NCBI GenBank assembly: GCA_965219385.1
Contig: CBDCNM010000001.1
Coordinates: 298,631-362,630 of the forward strand
Length of the DNA: 64,000 bases
DNA from: Candidatus Latescibacterota bacterium
GTDB taxonomy: Bacteria > Latescibacterota > UBA2968 > UBA8231
Direction of reading: 5' to 3'
Shown here: positions 58,139-64,000 of the stretch, one piece after another
How the letters are laid out: each line of letters starts with the position of its first letter
Position numbering within the stretch: the stretch's first letter is position 1
Notes under the pieces: generated by a model
Told to the model about the DNA's origin: nothing
The model's input: only the letters and a program-made list of their open reading frames with translations
The model's database searches: none
Translations under genes and position numbers: made by a program

Positions 58139-59191
58139 TCAAACCCAGCCGTGGCGCGGCGTGACCGAAGCGCCGGAGCTTTGGTTGAACCATCCCGGGC
58201 CACTCTCCAGAAGCACTTCGCGTCCGCTGAGGGCCGACTCTTCCGCGGCAAAGAGGATTTCCATGATATGGCGGCCCCACGCGCCGTGGGTCGGCGGTTC
58301 CAGGTCGCGCTCGATGGCTTCGGCAAAGGCCTCCCACTCGTGCAGCATTTCGGCGGGCGGGTTGTCGAAGGGCACGTCTTCCCAGCGCTCGCCGCGGCCA
58401 ATCTGGACGAACTGCTCGCCGTGCTGGCTGAAGCGCAGGGAGCCGTTGGCGCAGATCACCTCGCTGTTGAGATTGGGCCCCCCGTCGGCATAGCCCACGA
58501 CCACGGCCACCCCGGCCAAGCCGTTCTTGTAGCGCACCAGAGCCGTGGCCGAATCGTCGCCGGCCTGGTAGTGGGCGCGGGTGCCGATGGCCGCGGACAC
58601 GGACACGGCCTGGGAGGCCATCAGCCAGGTGAGGCGGTCGACCACGTGGACCCCGTTGGTCAGCCACATGCCGCCGCCGTGGTAGCGGCTGCGATACTGG
58701 GGCCGGCGGCCGGCGTGGTTCCAATTCTTGGACATATAGCACACGGCTGTGATGATGGGGCCCAACTCGCCCGAGTCGAGAATCTCCTTGGCCTTGAGGC
58801 TGGTGCCGTAGAAGTGCTGGGTGAGGCCAATCATCAATTTGACGCGATTGGCCGCCGCGGCTTCGATCATGGCGTCGCACTGCTCCAGGCTGATGGCCAT
58901 GGGTTTTTCCACCAGGACATGTTTGCCGGCCCTGCAGGCGTCCACGGTCAGCTGGTGGTGGAGTTGGTGCCCCAGGATAACGGCCACGGCGTCGACCTGG
59001 TCGTCCTGCAGCAGTTCGGTGTGGGAGGAGTAGCCTTTGGGGATGTGGTACTTTTCCATGTACTCGTGCCGTTTGTCCTCAAAGAGGTCGGCTACGGCAA
59101 TGACTTCCACGCGGTCGAGGTGGGAAATGGCTTCGCAGTGGGCGCGGGCAATGCCGCCCAGGCCAATGAGGCCGATTCTGAGTTTTGGCAT
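58139..59191 (-). CDS. Gfo/Idh/MocA family oxidoreductase
   Basis: RIGLIGLGGIA, GKHVLVEKPMA, GGGMWLTNGVHVVD. Confidence 0.9.
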   Translation of the reverse strand: MPKLRIGLIGLGGIARAHCEAISHLDRVEVIAVADLFEDKRHEYMEKYHIPKGYSSHTELLQDDQVDAVAVILGHQLHHQLTVDACRAGKHVLVEKPMAISLEQCDAMIEAAAANRVKLMIGLTQHFYGTSLKAKEILDSGELGPIITAVCYMSKNWNHAGRRPQYRSRYHGGGMWLTNGVHVVDRLTWLMASQAVSVSAAIGTRAHYQAGDDSATALVRYKNGLAGVAVVVGYADGGPNLNSEVICANGSLRFSQHGEQFVQIGRGERWEDVPFDNPPAEMLHEWEAFAEAIERDLEPPTHGAWGRHIMEILFAAEESALSGREVLLESGPGWFNQSSGASVTPRHGWV

Positions 59192-59342
59192 GGTGTCGCC
59201 TCGTCTTTTGGGGTCGCTGGTCGGCGCGAGGCTGGAGATGCCGCCTGGCAAGCCAATCCGCCGGAAACTATGCTATTGACCTGCCCCGGGCAAGGGCAAA
59301 CAGGATGGGCCACGGAAATACAGGTGACGGGAGAATTGCACT

Positions 59343-59490
59343 ATGCAGTGGAGCGAGACGGAAAAGGCGCGGTTCGATGAGCAGGGATTGCTGTTTGCGC
59401 CGGGTTTGTTGGGAGGCGAAGAGGTGGAGTGGATCAACAAGGTCGTGCCGGACCTGTTGGCCGGTGAGGACGAAGTCGACGGACGACAGC
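59343..59490 (+). pseudogene. N-terminal fragment of a PhyH-like gene
   Basis: GGAG RBS, MQWSETEKARFDEQGLLFAPGLLGGEEVE; the frame then runs into the antisense of the next gene. Confidence 0.45.
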
Positions 59491-59527
59491 GGTCACCACC
59501 TGTCGCCCCTGCCGCGCAAGACCGTTA

Positions 59528-60619
59528 TTATGGCTTACAATGCGCCGGACGGCCAGCCCCGGCCAGTCGAGAATCTGCGCTCCGACTGGGTCGTGGCGGC
59601 GGGGCGCCCATGGGGTGGGGGCCGCTGGTCAGGGGACTTTTGCGGGCGTGGTCGGACACCGCGTCCTGTATTTCGAGGATGCGCACGGCTTGGTCGATAT
59701 TGGGAGTGAAGGGCTGCCCGGCCGCCAAAGTGGTCAAGGCCTGGTCGACAATGGCCTTCATGCGGGTTCCGTGCGACAGATCCTCGCTGAATTGCACCCC
59801 CTCGGTAGTGTGGATCTCAATGAGGGGCTCGCCCTCTTTGCCGTACTGCTCAAAGACCATGGCCCGGGTGCCGATAAAGCGGAAGAAGTGGTCGCCGCTG
59901 CGCACCCCCGAGGGATAGGCGTAGCCGCTTTCAATGAGACCGGTCAGACCGTCGTCGGTGCGCAGTAGCCCCAAGCCAATGTCCTCCACCATGCGGCCGT
60001 GGGTGGCGTTGGACATGACGGCGCCGACCACGTGTACCGCCCGCTCGCCGGCGAATTGGAGGAAGGTGTCAATGCCGTGGGCCGCCTCTACGGCCCAACT
60101 GCCGCCACCGGAAATGGCCGGGTCGTTGTGCCAGGCCGAGGGGGTCGGGTCGTAGCGCGAGGGCGGGCCGTTGTTGAGGCGGCTGCTATACTGGACCAGA
60201 TCACCCAGAGTGCCGTTGGCCAACAGACGTTCTACCGTGGCGACGATGCGGCTGGCGCGGTTGGGCAGGGTGAGGGCACTGAAGACCCCGTGTCTGGCCG
60301 AGGCTTCGGCCGCGGGTCTGAGCCGGGCGGCGCAGTCGGCAAAGGGTTTGTCGAGCAGGTAGGGGATGCGCCGGTCGACGCAGGTTTTCACGTGGTCCGG
60401 CATTTCAATGTGCTTGCCGGCGACCAAGGCGGCGTCGGGGTGGGTGGCGTCGAGGCACTCGCCCGCGGTGGCAAAGCCGGGGCATTGGAAGGTTTCTTCC
60501 AGTTGTTGGCGAGGCCCTCCCTCCCCGTCCATGACCCCGACTATTTCGTGCCCCAGGGCGCGGGCAGTCTGGCCGATGCTGCGGCCGTGGTGGCTGTACG
60601 ATAGGATGACTAAGCGCAT
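59528..60619 (-). CDS. Gfo/Idh/MocA family oxidoreductase
   Basis: LLDKPFA, WHNDPAISGGGSWAVEAAHGID. Confidence 0.8.
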   Translation of the reverse strand: MRLVILSYSHHGRSIGQTARALGHEIVGVMDGEGGPRQQLEETFQCPGFATAGECLDATHPDAALVAGKHIEMPDHVKTCVDRRIPYLLDKPFADCAARLRPAAEASARHGVFSALTLPNRASRIVATVERLLANGTLGDLVQYSSRLNNGPPSRYDPTPSAWHNDPAISGGGSWAVEAAHGIDTFLQFAGERAVHVVGAVMSNATHGRMVEDIGLGLLRTDDGLTGLIESGYAYPSGVRSGDHFFRFIGTRAMVFEQYGKEGEPLIEIHTTEGVQFSEDLSHGTRMKAIVDQALTTLAAGQPFTPNIDQAVRILEIQDAVSDHARKSPLTSGPHPMGAPPPRPSRSADSRLAGAGRPAHCKP

Positions 60620-60698
60620 AGGTCGGCATTCTGGTTTGGCGTTGGTGGAACCTCGCTAGACTTTCGACTCGCCATTTGAAGGGTTTTAAAACGGCTTC

Positions 60699-61247
60699 TT
60701 AGAGGAATACATCGCGCACCGGCAGGGTCCAACCCGGTACCACTTCGCCGCCGTCGAGTACGTCGTCGGTGGTCAGGATGCGGATGTCGCTCCGCGAGTG
60801 GTACAGGCTGACCGTTTGAGGGCCTGGATTGACCACCACGACCAAGCGAGTGCCGGCGTCGAGCCAGTCGGCGACCTTGTCCTCCACCTCGGCGTAGGTA
60901 TCGCCCGGTGAGACGACCTCGGCCGCCAAGTCGGGGGCGCCGGGCCAAAAGCCCGCGGTCTGGCCAAGCGCCTCGACCCGCTCGCGCCCGACGAAGGCCG
61001 CGTCTGGGGCCCGCACCACATCGGGGGCCGTGGCCAGCTTGAAGCCGGTTTCGGCCGCATATACGGTGCCTAGGTTATGCGTTTTTACGTGCTGAAAAAG
61101 CGGTCCTGCCAAATTGAGCGCGATTCTGCCGTGCTGGTGGCCGGCCGGACTCATTTTTCTCAATTCTCCTCGGACGAGTTCGTAGCGGAAGCCATCGTCC
61201 TTCATTTGCAACAACTCGTCTGCGGTGACCAAAGCGGTGGTCGTCAT
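60699..61247 (-). CDS. Uma2 (DUF820) family putative endonuclease
   Basis: RYELVRGEL, RAPDAAFV, GAPDLAAEVVSPGD, WLDAGTRLVVVVNP; GGAGG RBS before ATG at 61247. Confidence 0.9.
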   Translation of the reverse strand: MTTTALVTADELLQMKDDGFRYELVRGELRKMSPAGHQHGRIALNLAGPLFQHVKTHNLGTVYAAETGFKLATAPDVVRAPDAAFVGRERVEALGQTAGFWPGAPDLAAEVVSPGDTYAEVEDKVADWLDAGTRLVVVVNPGPQTVSLYHSRSDIRILTTDDVLDGGEVVPGWTLPVRDVFL

Positions 61248-61541
61248 GGGAACCTCCACAAGGGCAGGTAGGAAAGGAACCTTTTTCCTCGAACCTAGCA
61301 AAAGCGCCCTGCGTGTCAAGACTTCGATACGCAGCGGCTTGTTCTCGCGCCGCCGCCGCGCCTCTTGCTCCGGGCGGGTCAGCCCATCCCGGCGCATCCC
61401 TGCATCGGGTTCGGCTGCTTTAGTTTGACACACTACCAATAATGCCTGTTTATTTGCCCTATACGCTTGTCCACCTGATCATGATCAGTCCTGCGCCCCC
61501 GACCACGCGCTGGACTTCCCAGCAGAAAGAAGCCAGGCTAT

Positions 61542-62831
61542 ATGAGAGCAATGACGCGGCGCTCGCTGCTCCGTGCCGGCCTTACCGGTTGCTTGGTCGC
61601 CCCTTGGTGGCACGCACTGCGGGCCTTTGCCGCCCGCCCCGTTGAGCCGCCGACAGCATCTGGCGTAACCGACACCGAGATAATCCTCGGTATGTCCGCC
61701 GCCTTCTCCGGCCCCTCCCGGGGGTTGGGCATCGAACTCTATCGAGGTGCTGGCGCGTATTTTACCCACGTAAACGAGCAGGGAGGCGTGGCTGACCGCA
61801 CCCTGCGGGTCAAAGCCTATGACGATGGCTACCAACCCGGCCCTTCCGTCAAGAACACCATGAAGCTGATGCTCGACGATCAGGTGTTTTTGCTGTTCGG
61901 TTACGTTGGCACGCCGACGGTAACGCGCGTGCTGCCCATCCTCAAGAAATTCCAAGACCGGAACATCCTGCTGTTCTTCCCCTTCACCGGCGCCCAACCC
62001 CAGCGCGAACCGCCCTATGGTGCCTTCGCCTTTAATCTGCGCGCCTCCTACCGCCAGGAAACGGCTGGTCTGGTCGACAATTTCGCGCGCATCAACCGCC
62101 GGCGCATTGCCGTGTTCTATCAGGCCGATGCCTACGGCCGCAGCGGCTGGGCCGGCGTGCGAAGCGCCCTGAAAAGGCACGGGAAACGGATCGTCGGAGA
62201 GGCCACTTACCGGCGCGGCGAACGGTTCACCGGCACCATGCGCAAACAGGTCGAAATCCTGAAGGCGTCCAAGCCCGAAGCGGTGATCTGCATCGGGGCC
62301 TATGCCGCCTGCGCGGCCTTTGCCCGCGATGCCGTAGACCTCGGCCTGCAGGTGCCCTTTGCCAACCTGTCCTTTGTCGGCAGCGAAAATCTCCTCAAGC
62401 TGCTCACCGAGGGGCGCGGTGACAGCCAGCGCTATACGCAATGGCTGGTAAACTCCCAGGTGGTGCCCAGTTACGAAGAAATATCCAGACCCGCGGTCCA
62501 AGAGTATCGCGACTTGATGAAGCGCTACGCCCCGCAGCTTCCCCCGGAGCTGTTGAAAGACCCCTATACGCCCTTTGCCCACAGCTTCGTCAGCCTCGAG
62601 GGCTTTCTCAACGCCAAGTTGATGGTCGAAATTCTGCACCGCCTCGGGGCCGAGCCGCAGCGTAGCCAACTTGAAGGCGCGGTCTTCTCCGTCGAGGATT
62701 TCGATCTGGGCATCGGCGAACGGGTCTCCTTTGGTCCCAATCGTCGCCAGGGTCTCCAGCGCGTGTACTACACGGTTGTCGATGGAGGCCGTTTTGTCCC
62801 ACTGGACGATTGGCGCGCCAGGTTTGCATGA
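61542..62831 (+). CDS. Periplasmic ligand-binding protein (LivJ-like type I), Tat signal
   Basis: TRRSLL twin-arginine motif; GMSAAFSGPS, DDGYQP, GYVGTPT, FNLRASY. Confidence 0.85.
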   Translation: MRAMTRRSLLRAGLTGCLVAPWWHALRAFAARPVEPPTASGVTDTEIILGMSAAFSGPSRGLGIELYRGAGAYFTHVNEQGGVADRTLRVKAYDDGYQPGPSVKNTMKLMLDDQVFLLFGYVGTPTVTRVLPILKKFQDRNILLFFPFTGAQPQREPPYGAFAFNLRASYRQETAGLVDNFARINRRRIAVFYQADAYGRSGWAGVRSALKRHGKRIVGEATYRRGERFTGTMRKQVEILKASKPEAVICIGAYAACAAFARDAVDLGLQVPFANLSFVGSENLLKLLTEGRGDSQRYTQWLVNSQVVPSYEEISRPAVQEYRDLMKRYAPQLPPELLKDPYTPFAHSFVSLEGFLNAKLMVEILHRLGAEPQRSQLEGAVFSVEDFDLGIGERVSFGPNRRQGLQRVYYTVVDGGRFVPLDDWRARFA

Positions 62832-63559
62832 TGGTGATAAAAGTCCAAAAGCTCTTTAAGAAAACGCTGTTCGGCGTCTTTTCCCTGTTTGGCTTGATCG
62901 GCCTGTCGACCTCCATTCTGTGCGTCTATACGGTCGATACGCACCTGTCGGCCGAATACGAGAGCAATAGCCGCGACATCGCCAAGACCATCGCCGATTC
63001 CAGTGTGGACATTCTCTTGAATCGCGACTTGGCGGCGTTGCAGTCGCTCATCGATCAATTCGTCGAGATTCAAGGCATAAAGTATATCTACATTACGGAC
63101 GAAGCCGGCGAGTTTCTCGCCCACACCTTTGTGCCGGGCATTCCCGCAGAGATTCGAGCCGGCGATCCGTTTAATATGACGACTGTGGAGCGCAGCCTGC
63201 CTGGAATGGGCGATTTCGTCGAAGTGGGCAGTCCGATTCTGGCCGGCGTCGCCGGGACGGTTCACGTGGGCATGGACACCGATCTGATCGCGCTGAAAAT
63301 TCAACGAGCAATCGGTCAGCAGGTCTACCTTTTCTCCATCATACTCGTCGTCGGCGTCTTTGCCGCCATCTGGTTGGTCAATCTGGCGGCAAAACCGCTG
63401 GGCGCGCTCTTGGGCTATGCCGTGGGCATGGCGCGTGGCGGGAATGATGGGGAGGCCGCGGACGACAAACTTCTGGCGCGCGACGACGAAGTCGGGCATC
63501 TAGCTCGACTCTTCCTCTATGTTGCCGAAAGGGAGCCGCGCCCGCCGCCTGGCGAGTGA
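62828..63559 (+). CDS. Two-TM membrane sensor with HAMP-like C-terminus and no output domain
   Basis: Two hydrophobic segments flanking a small extracytoplasmic domain; KPL...RDDEVGHLARLF. Confidence 0.65.
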   Translation: MMVIKVQKLFKKTLFGVFSLFGLIGLSTSILCVYTVDTHLSAEYESNSRDIAKTIADSSVDILLNRDLAALQSLIDQFVEIQGIKYIYITDEAGEFLAHTFVPGIPAEIRAGDPFNMTTVERSLPGMGDFVEVGSPILAGVAGTVHVGMDTDLIALKIQRAIGQQVYLFSIILVVGVFAAIWLVNLAAKPLGALLGYAVGMARGGNDGEAADDKLLARDDEVGHLARLFLYVAEREPRPPPGE

Positions 63560-63583
63560 TTGGCGATTGAGGTCTTAGGGAAA

Positions 63584-64000
63584 ATGGCGAAACGAAGGAT
63601 GCTGATTCCGCGTTCGATGATGGCTCTATTCTGCACGTTTCTGCAGATCTGTTTTGGGACGGTGTATGCGTGGAGTTTCTTTCAAACGCTCTTGGTCCGG
63701 CAACTGGGTTGGTCGTTCACGGAAACGGCTTGGGCTTTCAGCCTGGCGATCTTTTCGCTGGGAACCTCGGCGGCTTGGGCTGGCGCGATGCTGCCGCGGG
63801 TCGGACCGCGGCGCTTGGCAGTGGCCGGTAGCCTCATGTTTTCGAGCGGCTATTTGCTGGCGAGTCTGGCGCTTCACCTGGACACTCTCGCGCTGTTCTA
63901 TGTGGGGTATGGCGTCATCGGGGGGGCGGGAATCGGGCTGGGCTATGTGACGCCCGTGGCGACGGTGGCCAAATGGTTCCCGGACCGAAAGGGATTGGCG
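63584..64000 (+). CDS. OFA-family MFS transporter (partial, runs off the window)
   Basis: Translated by hand: QICFGTVYAWSFF...GIGLGYVTPVATVAKWFPDRKGLA. Confidence 0.88.
   Translation, partial: MAKRRMLIPRSMMALFCTFLQICFGTVYAWSFFQTLLVRQLGWSFTETAWAFSLAIFSLGTSAAWAGAMLPRVGPRRLAVAGSLMFSSGYLLASLALHLDTLALFYVGYGVIGGAGIGLGYVTPVATVAKWFPDRKGLA

Overview
GC-rich bacterial DNA. The internalin-like LRR protein, FlgD-type C-terminal domain, several PhyH/Gfo-Idh-MocA/GHL10-like genes and Uma2 gene suggest a Latescibacterota/Poribacteria-like, possibly host-associated lineage (inference only). The centre (about 18.6-38.6 kb) is a defence locus: DUF4143 AAA ATPase, WYL regulator broken by one in-frame TAG, complete type I-C CRISPR-Cas operon (cas3, cas5c, cas8c, cas7c, cas4, cas1, cas2) and an array of 109 repeats/108 spacers (manual count). 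The best signal is in the AT-rich cas3-cas5 gap: a solitary antisense CRISPR-repeat mimic followed by a 22-nt guide and a terminator. The guide matches (17/19, mismatches only at positions 6 and 12) the start region of an adjacent TTGACA-17-TATATT promoter that drives an orphan 95-aa ORF and the Cascade genes, i.e. a candidate CreR/CreA-like autoregulator or CRISPR-repressed toxin module. Other repeat-like elements sit before cas7, cas1 and the WYL gene, and two spacers look like pieces of hammerhead ribozymes. The flanks hold a T-box-controlled leuS, metabolic genes (fbp, gap, iolD, hydantoinase/oxoprolinase, amidase) and several gene remnants. No rRNA, tRNA, integrase or transposase was recognised.
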